Assembly: GCA_965116965.1 (NCBI GenBank)
Contig: OZ220743.1
Coordinates: 111,262 to 175,261, forward strand
Length of the DNA: 64,000 nucleotides
From: Acidimicrobiales bacterium
Lineage (GTDB): Bacteria > Actinomycetota > Acidimicrobiia > Acidimicrobiales > Aldehydirespiratoraceae
Direction: 5' to 3'
Shown here: one piece after another, positions 52,383 through 61,627 of the stretch
How the letters are laid out: every line of letters starts with the position of its first letter
Numbering within the stretch: position 1 is the first letter of the stretch
The notes under the pieces: generated by a model
Told to the model about the DNA's origin: nothing
Databases searched by the model: none
The model's input: the letters and a program-made list of their open reading frames with translations, nothing else
Made by a program: the position numbers and the translations under genes

Positions 52383-54433
52383 GTCGCGGCCCCCTGGCGG
52401 GCCTCGAGCCAGCGGTTGATGCGGGCAGCCGAGCGCCGCTTGCCGTGCTCCACCAGGCCCTCGGGATGGCGGGCGAACTGCATGGCCATGAGACCGAACA
52501 GGATCAGCCGCCAGTTGCCCGACAGGGGGAAGAACTCAGGGAGACGCTCCTCCCCCCGCACGATCCAGCCGAGCAGCTCGCCCTGCAGTATCAGCGGCTC
52601 GAACAGGGCGAAGGCCGCACCGGCCTGGATGGCTCCCTCCACGGTGCGAGCCCCGAGCGCGACCACCACCACCAGCCAGAACAACGCGACGACAGGAGCG
52701 AAGTTGAGCGCGTAGTTCACATTCTGCTGATGCATCGCCAGCAGCGCTCCGCCCAACCCGGCGATGGCGGCCGACACCGCGAAGGCGACGATGCGGGCCC
52801 GAGCCGCGGAGACGCCGATCGACGCGGCGGCCACCTCGCTGCCCCGGAGGGCGGCCAGAGTGCGCCCGATCGTGCCCTCGCGCAGCTGTATCACCACCAC
52901 CGACGCCACCACCAGCGCCACCACCGCCAGCACCAGGAAGGCCCGGTCGCTGGCGAAGTCGATCGGCCCGATCAGCGGGCGGGGCACCTGGGTGCCGGTG
53001 AGCAGGGCGGTGCTTCCGCCGCCCACCCAGGAGAACCTCACCATCACCGCGTCGAAGAAGAAGGCGAACGCCAGCGTGGCGATGGCGAGCCACACTCCCC
53101 CCAACCGCAGGACCGGAAGCGACAGCAACGCTCCGACTACAGCGGCCAGGGCCGCTCCGATCAGCGCGGCGGCCAGAACCGACATGTTGAACCGGTCCGC
53201 CATCTGGAAGACGGTGAAGCCTCCGATGGCCGCGAACGTCCCCTGGCACAGCGAGATCTGGCCGCCCATGCCGGTGATGACGGTGACCGACAGGTAGATG
53301 AGCGCGATGATCACCGCCTTCGTCACGAGGCTCATCCACAGGACGTCGGCCCGGAACCACACCACCAGCCCGACGACGGTCACGAAGAACACCCCGAACA
53401 GCCTGGTGAACAGCGTCAACTGGGGGTGACGCTCGAGGGCGGCCAACGCCGGAGGCGGGGGGTCCACGCCGGCCAGGGGATCGGACGCCTCGCGCTGCCG
53501 GCCGACGGCGCGCCACAGCACGAGGATGGCGAACAGCACGACGAACGGCAGCGACGGGGTGAGATTCTCCTGGAAGGGCCGCAGCCAGGTGTGGTCGTCG
53601 GCCAGTCCGGGCAGGAAGGTGTTGAACACCGCGATGAACCATCCCAGTCCGAGCCCGCCCAGCAGAGCCCGGGGCAGGCTGACGAGCAGTCCTGTGGCCG
53701 CCGCGGCCACCGCGATGATCACCAGCGTGAAGTAGTCCCCCGAGCTGAGCGAGTTGAACCGGGGCGCGATCAGCACGCCGGCCATGCCCGCGAACGTGCT
53801 CGACAGGGCCCAGGCGAACGCCGAGACCCGGTCGGCGTTGATGCCGCTCAACTCGGTCATCCGGGGACTCTCCACCACCGCCCGCATGGACAGGCCCATC
53901 ATCGTGAAGCGGAACAGGGCGGCCAACAGCAGCGTGCCGGCCAGCGCCACCGCCATCATGGCCACCTCGTCGCGGTTGAAGCGGTAGACCCCGAACGGGT
54001 CGTAGTACACGCCGGCGCCGTCACCCACGATGCCGGTTATCCGCCGACCGGCGACGGCGCTGAACCGGGCTGCCCAGTTGAAGATCTCGGGCAGGGCCAC
54101 GCTGAGACCGATGGTGACGACCAGCTTCGACACCGCCGAAGCGGTGCGGAGGTGGCGGAAGACAGCTCGCTCGAGCACCAGGCCCACCAGCGGCGCCAGC
54201 ACGAACACCGACACGAGGAGGGCCGCCCACTTGGGCCAGCCCCACACGCTGTGGGCTTTGAAGTACATGGCGGCCGAGATGTAGGCCTGCGCGCCGAACG
54301 CCAGGTTGAACACGCCGGAGGTCTTGTAGGTGAGCACGAAGCCGAGGGCGATGAGCGCGTAGACCGCTCCGGGCGGCGTGCCCTGCAAGACGCCTCGGAA
54401 GAGGTCCTCGAAGAACCCGGAAGCGAGGATCAC
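52379..54433 (-). CDS. fused branched-chain-amino-acid-type ABC permease (LivH-LivM fusion)
   Basis: The GTG 54433 start gives VILASGFFEDLFRGVLQGTPPGAVYALIALGFVLTYKTSGVFNLAFGAQ (LivH-like), then a second permease domain (...GGQISLCQGTFAAIGGF..., LivM-like). 684 aa. Confidence 0.8.
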   Translation of the reverse strand: MILASGFFEDLFRGVLQGTPPGAVYALIALGFVLTYKTSGVFNLAFGAQAYISAAMYFKAHSVWGWPKWAALLVSVFVLAPLVGLVLERAVFRHLRTASAVSKLVVTIGLSVALPEIFNWAARFSAVAGRRITGIVGDGAGVYYDPFGVYRFNRDEVAMMAVALAGTLLLAALFRFTMMGLSMRAVVESPRMTELSGINADRVSAFAWALSSTFAGMAGVLIAPRFNSLSSGDYFTLVIIAVAAAATGLLVSLPRALLGGLGLGWFIAVFNTFLPGLADDHTWLRPFQENLTPSLPFVVLFAILVLWRAVGRQREASDPLAGVDPPPPALAALERHPQLTLFTRLFGVFFVTVVGLVVWFRADVLWMSLVTKAVIIALIYLSVTVITGMGGQISLCQGTFAAIGGFTVFQMADRFNMSVLAAALIGAALAAVVGALLSLPVLRLGGVWLAIATLAFAFFFDAVMVRFSWVGGGSTALLTGTQVPRPLIGPIDFASDRAFLVLAVVALVVASVVVIQLREGTIGRTLAALRGSEVAAASIGVSAARARIVAFAVSAAIAGLGGALLAMHQQNVNYALNFAPVVALFWLVVVVALGARTVEGAIQAGAAFALFEPLILQGELLGWIVRGEERLPEFFPLSGNWRLILFGLMAMQFARHPEGLVEHGKRRSAARINRWLEARQGAAT

Positions 54434-54480
54434 ACTGCGGCGCTCAAGGCTCGGCTGCGGTCGAGCGAGCGTGCCAGGGG

Positions 54481-56028
54481 TCAGGCTGCGAAGTCGGTGG
54501 GCGCCGGCTCGGACCATTCCTCGGTGTCGCCGGGCCAGCACATCCACGGCGCGGGTTGGAACCCGACGAATCCCCCGCCCTCGATCCGCACCGAGGACGT
54601 GCAATGAAGCTCGTAAGCGTGGTCGTAGACGAACGGCTCGACCGCGGTGTGCTGGCGGCTCCAGTCGACGGGGTTGATCAGGCCGCCGGCGTCGTAGGTG
54701 ATCTGGTTGAGCGAGTCGATGACGGACTGCCGGTCGAATTCGGGACCGGCCTCCAACAGGCCGGTGACGAACAGGTCGGCGTTGATCCAGCCGATCAGCG
54801 TCTGCTCGGCCACCGGGCCTCCGTTGGCCGGCACCCACTGGTCGTAGGCCCGGCGCAGCGGGCTGTCGACCTCGTACTCGAACGCGGCGAACACCAGCAG
54901 GGCGTAGTCGCCATCGAACAGATCGCCGGCCGCCGCCACGAACTCATAGTTGTAGGAGTTCGGATGGAGCAGCGTGATCTGGTCCCTCGCGCCCTGGCGC
55001 TCGAGTTCCTGGGCCAGGGTCAGCATGGCGTTCAGGTCCATGCAGGTGGCGATGAAGTCGACGCCTGCGTCGATCATCTGGGTCACCTCGGGCCCGATGC
55101 CGTTGGGCAGGCCGTAGGCCATGTCGTCGTTGAAGTAGGCGACCTCCATACCGAGCGCAGGCCCGTAGAGGTCGATCGAGTCGGAGAAGGCTTTGGCGCA
55201 CACCTTGGAGGTCTCGGTGATGCCGTAGCCGAGCAGCCCGACCCTGGTGGCGCCGGCCTGTGACGCGATCCAGACGAAGCTCCGGATGGTGCAGGGGGGG
55301 CATCCGATGACGTGGTTGCCGAAGATGTTGTCGCGGTTGACGGCGTCGGCGCCGTGGATGTTCCACACGAAGGTCGGAACCCCTGCGTCGTTGAGGTCGC
55401 CCCATCCCGAGGGAAGGAGCGTCGCCTGGAAAGCTGCCAGGCTGCTGTTGTCGGCGATGACCTTGAGGGCGTGCTCCTGGTTGCGGAACAGCTCGTCGTC
55501 GAGGATCTCGTCGATGACCAGGTTGCGGCCGTAGACGCCGCCCGAGTCGTTGACGTAGTCGAAGTAGGACTGGATCCCGGTGACGTAGCAGTCGAGAATG
55601 CAGGTTCCCAGCGGGTTGTTCTGCTTGATGCCCACGACCGACGCCCGGATCTCGTCGTCGGCGACTCCCGGCACGCCCTCGAGGGCCACGAACGTGTGGC
55701 GCTCCGGGTAGGGGTCGACCGGCTCCTCGACGATGACCTCCACGGCAAGAGTGGTAGTTGATTCCGCGGGTTCGGGTGCCTCGTCACTGGTGGCGCCGGT
55801 CCCAGGGGCCTCGTCGGGAGCGTCCGGAGTCGCCGCGACGGTCTCGGTCGGCTCGGGAGCGGGCTCCTCGCCGGGAGCGGCCGGTGCGGCCGCGGTCGGA
55901 GCGGCCGTAGTCGGAGCGGCCGGGTCGGGGGTCGGGGAGACTCCGTCGCCGCTGGGGCTGTTGCCGCAGGCCGCGGCCAGCATGGCTGTGGCGAAGAGGG
56001 CTGTGAGTGTGCGTCGGCCTCGATTCAT
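54481..56028 (-). CDS. ABC transporter substrate-binding lipoprotein (LivJ-like type-I PBP)
   Basis: MNRGRRTLTALFATAMLAAACGNS (signal peptide plus lipobox), an Ala/Pro-rich linker, then a periplasmic-binding-protein-like domain. Confidence 0.8.
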   Translation of the reverse strand: MNRGRRTLTALFATAMLAAACGNSPSGDGVSPTPDPAAPTTAAPTAAAPAAPGEEPAPEPTETVAATPDAPDEAPGTGATSDEAPEPAESTTTLAVEVIVEEPVDPYPERHTFVALEGVPGVADDEIRASVVGIKQNNPLGTCILDCYVTGIQSYFDYVNDSGGVYGRNLVIDEILDDELFRNQEHALKVIADNSSLAAFQATLLPSGWGDLNDAGVPTFVWNIHGADAVNRDNIFGNHVIGCPPCTIRSFVWIASQAGATRVGLLGYGITETSKVCAKAFSDSIDLYGPALGMEVAYFNDDMAYGLPNGIGPEVTQMIDAGVDFIATCMDLNAMLTLAQELERQGARDQITLLHPNSYNYEFVAAAGDLFDGDYALLVFAAFEYEVDSPLRRAYDQWVPANGGPVAEQTLIGWINADLFVTGLLEAGPEFDRQSVIDSLNQITYDAGGLINPVDWSRQHTAVEPFVYDHAYELHCTSSVRIEGGGFVGFQPAPWMCWPGDTEEWSEPAPTDFAA

Positions 56029-56192
56029 GAGTCCCCCTAGGTGTCGCGCCGCAATACTGCCGTCCCGGCGCGGATCAGGGCGACTCGCGCCGCGGTCAGA
56101 TGCCTTCCCATCGCTGATGCTAGAGGGAGCCCTCCACTCGGCCTCTGACGGCTTGCCGATACAGTCGCTCCGGTGGACGCCCGGGGGATGGT

Positions 56193-57395
56193 GTGCGGCT
56201 GACCTATACCTCAGAGGTCGAGGCGTTCAGGGCTGAGTTCTCGGCCTGGCTCGACGCCAACCTGCCCGACCCGGCCTCCACGACGGTGCGGCCGCGGTCG
56301 AGCGGCGACATCCCGGCCTGGGCTCGGGAATTCCAGCGCCGCATGTTCGACGACGGCTGGCTGGTGCCGGGATACCCGCCCGAGTTCGGTGGGCGCAACG
56401 CCGGCCTCTACGAGCAGGCGGCGTTCTGGGAGGAGCTGGGCCGGCGCCGGGTGACCCAGAGCTTCAACCCCCAGGGTCTGGGCATCGTCAGCGCCTCGAT
56501 CATCACCTTCGGCACTGAGGAGCAGAAGCACCGCTGGGCGGTGCCGATCATGCGGGCGGAGAGGACCGCCGCGCTGGGCATGAGCGAGCCGGGCGCGGGC
56601 AGCGACCTGGCCGGGCTGTCCACCCGGGCCGTTCTCGACGGCGACCGCTTCATCGTCAACGGCCAGAAGGTGTGGACCTCCGGCGCCCATCAAGCCGACG
56701 TCCTGCTGGCCTTCGTGCGCACCGATCCCGATGTGCCCAAGCACAAGGGCATCTCGGCGCTGATCATCGAGACCGACACGCCCGGTCTGGAGCGCCGGCC
56801 GTTCCAGGACATCACGGCCCGTCAGCCCGACTTCAACGAGGTGTTCTTCGACGATGTGGAGGTGCCGGCCGAGAATCTGGTCGGTGAGCTCAACGACGGC
56901 TGGCGGGTCTGCACCGGCTCACTGGCCCACGAGCGCGAGATGCTGTGGATCCTGTGGTCGCAGGGCCTCGACCAGATGCTGGACGCCATGCTGTCGCAGC
57001 TGAACGACGGGGCCGGCGCGGGGGCGGCCGACGATCCGGTGGTGCTCGACGGGTTGGGAAGCTCGATCATGGACTCCTGGGCCCTGCGCCTGCTGGGCCA
57101 GCGTCAACTGGCCCGCAGCCAGAGAGGCCTGCACGTGGCCGACCAGTCGCTGCTGAAGCTGCTGGGCTCGGAGGCCCAGCAGAAGCTGGCGCTGCTGATG
57201 CTGGAGTCGCTGGGCCCGGCCGCGCTGGACCGCAGCGTGCCCGAAGGTGCGCAGTCGCCCTACGAGAGCGACCGTTCGGCGCTGTCGTGGGCCGACCGGT
57301 ACTGGTTCACATTCGCCGGCACCATCAGCGGGGGCACCAGCGAGATCCACCGCAACATCATCGCCGAGCGCGTCCTCGGCCAGCCCAGGGGCTAG
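56193..57395 (+). CDS. acyl-CoA dehydrogenase family protein
   Basis: ALGMSEPGAGSDLAGLSTRA, NGQKVWTSGA and C-terminal GGTSEIHRNIIAERVLG. Confidence 0.85.
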   Translation: MRLTYTSEVEAFRAEFSAWLDANLPDPASTTVRPRSSGDIPAWAREFQRRMFDDGWLVPGYPPEFGGRNAGLYEQAAFWEELGRRRVTQSFNPQGLGIVSASIITFGTEEQKHRWAVPIMRAERTAALGMSEPGAGSDLAGLSTRAVLDGDRFIVNGQKVWTSGAHQADVLLAFVRTDPDVPKHKGISALIIETDTPGLERRPFQDITARQPDFNEVFFDDVEVPAENLVGELNDGWRVCTGSLAHEREMLWILWSQGLDQMLDAMLSQLNDGAGAGAADDPVVLDGLGSSIMDSWALRLLGQRQLARSQRGLHVADQSLLKLLGSEAQQKLALLMLESLGPAALDRSVPEGAQSPYESDRSALSWADRYWFTFAGTISGGTSEIHRNIIAERVLGQPRG

Positions 57396-57414
57396 GGCGA
57401 TGACCACCACCGCT

Positions 57415-57467
57415 CGAAATTGGTGCGGATCCGGGCCCTCAGAGGGCCGATTCGTCGTCAGTTTCGG
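57415..57467. repeat. long imperfect palindrome (copy 2 of the two-copy element)
   Basis: The outer stem cgaaattg/cagtttcg is conserved with copy 1. The inner stem is replaced by ggccc/gggcc. The flanks caccac...cgaaat and tttcgg...ggggctag are shared with 36085-36170. Confidence 0.7.
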
Positions 57468-57495
57468 CCGGGGGCGTCACCGGAGGGGCTAGACG

Positions 57496-58617
57496 ATGGA
57501 GTTCGAGTTCACCGACGACCAGTTGGAGCTCCAACGAGCGGTGCGCGACGTACTAGACGCCGAGGCGCCGCCCGAGCTGGCCCGGGCGGTGGCCGACGGC
57601 CAGTCCGACGCCGCCGACCTCTGGCAGACGCTGGCGAGCCTGGAATGGCCCGCCATGGCGCTGCCGACCGATGCCGGCGGCCTCGGCTACGGCTGGGTGG
57701 AGCTGGCCATCGTGCTGGAGGAGCTGGGCCGCCACGCCGCGCCGGGTCCGTTCGTGGCCACCGTCACCCAGTTCGCCTCGCTGGTGGCCGAAGCCGCCGC
57801 GCCCTCCCAGGCCACTGAGCTGCTGGCGCCGGTGGCCGCGGGCCGAACCACCGGCACCATCGCGGTCGACGAGGGCGCCGGAACCTGGGATCCGGCAGAG
57901 GTGAGCGCCACCGCTCGCCGCGACGGCGACGATCTGGTGCTGTCAGGCACGAAGCAATATGTGCTCGACGGAGCCACCGCCGATGAGATCGCGGTCGCGG
58001 TCCGGATCGACGGCGAGTTGCGGGTGGTCACCGTGCCGGGCTCGTCGGTCCAAGCCACCGGCGGCATCCCCGTGGATCCCGGCGTCCGCCACGCCACCGT
58101 CACCCTCGACGGGGTGCGCGTGCCCGCCGAGAGACTGCTCGGCGACGGCGACGCCGCCGATGCGGTCCGCCGGGCGCTGGAGGAGTCGGTGACCGCGGTC
58201 GCCGCGGTCACGCTGGGCGCCTGCCAGCGGATCTTCGACATCATCAACGGCTACGCCAAGGAGCGCATCCAGTTCGGCGTGCCCATCGGCTCGTTCCAGG
58301 CCGTGAAGCACAAGCTGGCCGACATGTACCGCGACATCGAACGGGCCCGGGTGCTCGTCTACTACGCGGCCCTGACCCTGGCCGAGGACCACCCGGACCG
58401 GACGCTGGCCGCCTCGATGGCCAAGGCGGCTACGGGCGAGGCCCAACGCCGTTGCGTGCAGGACGGACTCCAGCTCGCGGGCGGGATCGGCTACACCTGG
58501 GAGCACGACCTGCACCTGTTCCTGCGCCGGGCCAAGGTGGGCGAGCTCCACTTCGGCTCGGCCTCCCACCACCGCCGGAGAGTCGCCCGCCTAGCCCTCC
58601 AATCCCAGCCCGCCTAG
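57496..58617 (+). CDS. acyl-CoA dehydrogenase family protein
   Basis: MEFEFTDDQLELQRAVRDVL..., ERIQFGVPIGSFQAVKHKLADM and GGIGYTWEHDLHLFLRRAK. Confidence 0.85.
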   Translation: MEFEFTDDQLELQRAVRDVLDAEAPPELARAVADGQSDAADLWQTLASLEWPAMALPTDAGGLGYGWVELAIVLEELGRHAAPGPFVATVTQFASLVAEAAAPSQATELLAPVAAGRTTGTIAVDEGAGTWDPAEVSATARRDGDDLVLSGTKQYVLDGATADEIAVAVRIDGELRVVTVPGSSVQATGGIPVDPGVRHATVTLDGVRVPAERLLGDGDAADAVRRALEESVTAVAAVTLGACQRIFDIINGYAKERIQFGVPIGSFQAVKHKLADMYRDIERARVLVYYAALTLAEDHPDRTLAASMAKAATGEAQRRCVQDGLQLAGGIGYTWEHDLHLFLRRAKVGELHFGSASHHRRRVARLALQSQPA

Positions 58618-58817
58618 GCCGGCGCCGAGTCCGCCGGCGGCTCCGGCATCTGAGGGTCGGTCAGATAGCCAGACCCGGCCAACGCCAGAACCAGATTGTC
58701 CAGCTTGCCTTCCACTCGACGGATGTCGGAGCGAAGCAGATGGAACGCCCCCGTCAGCACGCCAACGAGTGCGCTCCCCAGCACGCCGATGAGAGTCGCG
58801 GCGATCGCTGGATCCAC
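58614..58817 (-). CDS. small membrane-anchored coiled-coil protein (67 aa)
   Basis: VDPAIAATLIGVLGSALVGVLTGAFHLLRSDIRRVEGKLDNLVLALAGSGYLTDP. GTG start with AGGAA upstream. Paralog of 58827..59081 and 37482..37841. Confidence 0.6.
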   Translation of the reverse strand: MDPAIAATLIGVLGSALVGVLTGAFHLLRSDIRRVEGKLDNLVLALAGSGYLTDPQMPEPPADSAPA

Positions 58818-58826
58818 GACGCGTTC

Positions 58827-59081
58827 CTAACCCTGCGGCTCGGCAGGCGGCTGCGGCGGCTGGGGTTGGGCAGGGAATCCGGCTTGTGCCATCGCCCAGA
58901 TCAGCCCGTCCAGCTTCCCCTCGAGCCGGTCGATCCTCCGGTTGGTTTCGCGATGGTCGGCGCGGTTCTCGGCGCGCAACTCCTTGAGATCGGAGCGAAG
59001 TAGATGAAACGCGCCAGTTAGCACGCCGATGAGCCCAGTGCCCAAGACGCCGATGAGCGTTGCTGCGATGGCGGGGTCCAT
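58827..59081 (-). CDS. small membrane-anchored coiled-coil protein (84 aa)
   Basis: MDPAIAATLIGVLGTGLIGVLTGAFHLLRSDLKELRAENRADHRETNRRIDRLEGKLDGLIWAMAQAGF with a Pro/Gln-rich tail. It appears to be leaderless. Confidence 0.65.
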   Translation of the reverse strand: MDPAIAATLIGVLGTGLIGVLTGAFHLLRSDLKELRAENRADHRETNRRIDRLEGKLDGLIWAMAQAGFPAQPQPPQPPAEPQG

Positions 59082-59087
59082 GCAGTC

Positions 59088-59116
59088 ACATTACTGGCAG
59101 ACGCTCACTGGTGCAA
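59088..59116 (-). promoter_or_regulatory. sigma-70-like promoter positioned for a leaderless transcript of the small-protein gene
   Basis: On the minus strand: TTGCAC, 17 nt, TAATGT, 6 nt (gactgc), then ATG. A perfect palindrome CATGAT-n5-ATCATG (59120-59136) and a TTGACA lie just upstream in an AT-rich tract. Confidence 0.5.
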
Positions 59117-59163
59117 CTACATGATATGAAATCATGTCAAAAAGACTTTAAGACTGGGCAGAT

Positions 59164-60375
59164 TCACGGCGGGTCGAAGAGGACCGGGAGGCTCAGGGGG
59201 CCGCGGAAGGCGTAGCCGCTGATGGTCGGGGCCTCGGCGTGGGGGTCGAGGCGCAGATTGGGCAGGCGGTCGAGCACTGCGTTGATCCCCACCTCGAGTT
59301 CCATGCGGGCCAGGTGCATGCCCAGGCACTGGTGCGGCCCGGTGCCGAAGGCCATGTGCCGCTGCGGCTCCCGGTCGAGGTCCCACTCCCCGGGATCGTC
59401 CCAGCGGGCCTCGTCGTGTGATGCCGAGCCGTTCATCACCGAGACCGATGATCCCGCCGGCACCGGGCAGCCGCCGATCTCCGTGCCAGCTGCCGCCACC
59501 CGGGCCACCATCGTCACCGACGTCTCCCAGCGCAATGTCTCCTCAACCGCGGCGGGCACCAGCGACCGGTCGGCCCGCACCCGGGCCATCGCCTCGGCAC
59601 GCTCCAGCAGGGCCAGCAGGCAGGATCCGAAGGCCCGGTAGGTGGTCTCGGCCCCCGCCGGCAGCAGCAGCCGCAGGAACCCGTAGATCTTCTCGTCGGT
59701 GAGGCGGGCACCGTCGATCTCGGCGTGCACCAGCTCCGAGAGCAGGTCGCCGGTGGGCTCCGTCCGTCTGGCTTCCACCAGCGGCTCCAGGTAGTCGCGC
59801 ATGGCCTGGGACGCGGCCCGTCCCTCCTCGGGGTACAGCGGCCCGTAGTTGATTCGCATGGCCCAGTCGTTGAACTTCTCGTGGTCGGTGGTGGGCACGC
59901 CCACGATCCCGCAGATCACCTGCACCGGGAACTTGCTGGTGACCTGGTCGACCAGGTCGGCCCGCCCGGCCGGGGCTATGGAGTCCAGCAGCGTCTGGAT
60001 CACGGGCTCCACCAGCTCGCCCCGCCACCGTTCCAGGGTCGAGCGGCGGAAGGCGTAGGCCACCAGGTTGCGGTAGCGGCGGTGCTCGTCGCCGTCGAGG
60101 CCGAGCATCAGCTCCCCCATGTAGGGACCCATGACCTCGCCGTTGATCGACGCCGAGAACGAGCGCCAGTCCCGCAGCACCTGGTCGGCGTCGTCGAAAG
60201 TCGTGACCGTGAACCTCGGCAGCGCCGGATCCTCGGTGAGACTGAACCCCTCCTCCCGGATGACGGGGCAGTGCCGGCGGGCATGGTCCCACTGGCCGTA
60301 GGGCTGGGCCGAATCCCACTGGTCGTAAGGAGGCGCCGAGTAGTCCATCGCGTCCTCCACGTCGGCGCTCTCCAT
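59164..60375 (-). CDS. cytochrome P450
   Basis: Heme loop FGTGPHQCLGMHLA, E-x-x-R motif AVEETLRWET and I-helix LLLPAGAETT. Confidence 0.9.
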   Translation of the reverse strand: MESADVEDAMDYSAPPYDQWDSAQPYGQWDHARRHCPVIREEGFSLTEDPALPRFTVTTFDDADQVLRDWRSFSASINGEVMGPYMGELMLGLDGDEHRRYRNLVAYAFRRSTLERWRGELVEPVIQTLLDSIAPAGRADLVDQVTSKFPVQVICGIVGVPTTDHEKFNDWAMRINYGPLYPEEGRAASQAMRDYLEPLVEARRTEPTGDLLSELVHAEIDGARLTDEKIYGFLRLLLPAGAETTYRAFGSCLLALLERAEAMARVRADRSLVPAAVEETLRWETSVTMVARVAAAGTEIGGCPVPAGSSVSVMNGSASHDEARWDDPGEWDLDREPQRHMAFGTGPHQCLGMHLARMELEVGINAVLDRLPNLRLDPHAEAPTISGYAFRGPLSLPVLFDPP

Positions 60376-60377
60376 AC

Positions 60378-61601
60378 CTAGAGGATGGCTCCGCGGGACT
60401 TGAGAGCGGCGATCTCGTCCCAGTCGATGCCCAGCTCGGCCAGCACCAGCTCAGTGTGCTCGCCCAGCTCCGGCGCCCGGTCCACTTCCACAGGCGTCTC
60501 GTCGAACTGGGCGGGGCTGGCCACGAGCTGAACCGGGTTCCCGGCGGCGTCCTCGGTGGCGGGCAGGTAGTTGTTGGCCACCACCTGGGGGTCGTCGTGG
60601 AGCTCGGCCAGGGTCTGGAACGGGGTCCACACCCCCTCGAAGTCGGCCAGTCGCTCCCTCCACTCTTCGAGAGTGCGCCCGGCGAAGGCCTCGTCGATGA
60701 TGTCGATGCACTCCGGTCCGTTCTTCGAGCGGGCCTCGGAGGTGTTGAACCGCTCGTCGTCCACCAGGATCGGCCGCTCCAGCCGGGCCGCGAAGTCGTC
60801 CCAGTACCGGTCGCTCTGCAGCAGGATGAGGCTGATGTAGCGGTCGTCGGCGGTGCGGAACACGCCCACCCCCGGATTGGGGTTCCTGCGCCGGTCGCCC
60901 CGGGGCAGCGAGGTGAGCCCGAACAGCTTGGCCGCCACCACCAGCGGCGAGACCTGCCACATCGCGGTGGCCAGCAGCGACACGTCGATCACGCTGGGCT
61001 CGCCGGTGCGCTCCCGCTTGAGCAGCGCCGCGGCGATGGCGCCGGCCAGCGCCATTCCTCCCATCACGTCGCCGAAGGCCGGGGAGGGCTGGCCCTGGGG
61101 CCAGCCGGCCGCGTCGGGCGGGAACACCGCGGCCACCGCGCCCCGGGCCCAGAACGAGGCCCCGTCGAAACCGCCCTTCTCCGCGTCGGGACCGGCCGGA
61201 CCCTGCCCGGTGCCCCGGGCGATGACGATGGACGGGTTGCGGGCCCGGATCGCCTCGTTGTCGACGCCCAACCGGCGCCGCACCGGCTCCAGGTAGTTGG
61301 TGAGGAACACGTCGGCCGTCTCGACCAGCTTCATCAGGGCCTCCCGGCCGTCGGGGTGGGCGATGTTGAGCGCCGCCGAGCGCTTTCCCCGGTTGGGCTG
61401 CTCGACCATGAAGTTCACGGTGCCGGCTGGGATCAGCCCGGAGGTGATCAGACCCCGCTGCGGGTCGCCGCCGGCCGGGTTCTCGACCTTGATGACGTCG
61501 GCGCCCCAGTCCACCAGCACCGACCCGCCCGAGGGCACGAACATCCAGGACGCGACCTCGACGACCCTGACGCCCTCCAAGGGCCCCGCCACGGTTGGCA
61601 C
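60378..61601 (-). CDS. CaiB/BaiF family III CoA-transferase
   Basis: GVRVVEVASWMFVPSGGSVLVDWGADVIKVENPAGGDP and ADVFLTNYLEPVRRRLG are typical family III CoA-transferase N-terminal blocks. Confidence 0.85.
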   Translation of the reverse strand: MPTVAGPLEGVRVVEVASWMFVPSGGSVLVDWGADVIKVENPAGGDPQRGLITSGLIPAGTVNFMVEQPNRGKRSAALNIAHPDGREALMKLVETADVFLTNYLEPVRRRLGVDNEAIRARNPSIVIARGTGQGPAGPDAEKGGFDGASFWARGAVAAVFPPDAAGWPQGQPSPAFGDVMGGMALAGAIAAALLKRERTGEPSVIDVSLLATAMWQVSPLVVAAKLFGLTSLPRGDRRRNPNPGVGVFRTADDRYISLILLQSDRYWDDFAARLERPILVDDERFNTSEARSKNGPECIDIIDEAFAGRTLEEWRERLADFEGVWTPFQTLAELHDDPQVVANNYLPATEDAAGNPVQLVASPAQFDETPVEVDRAPELGEHTELVLAELGIDWDEIAALKSRGAIL

Positions 61602-61627
61602 GCTAATGGTGTGTCGCGCGCCGGCGG

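Noticed and set aside
52445-54607. Very long ORFs antisense or out of frame to clear genes: 52445..54607 +, 20013..21131 +, 33958..35508 -, 44781..45605 -, 16454..17542 -, 29196..31172 + upstream part, 63337..63948 -.
   Set aside because: Their translations are Arg/Pro/Gly/His-rich with no recognisable motifs. They overlap genes with strong family signatures. This is the typical stop-codon depletion seen in high-GC DNA.
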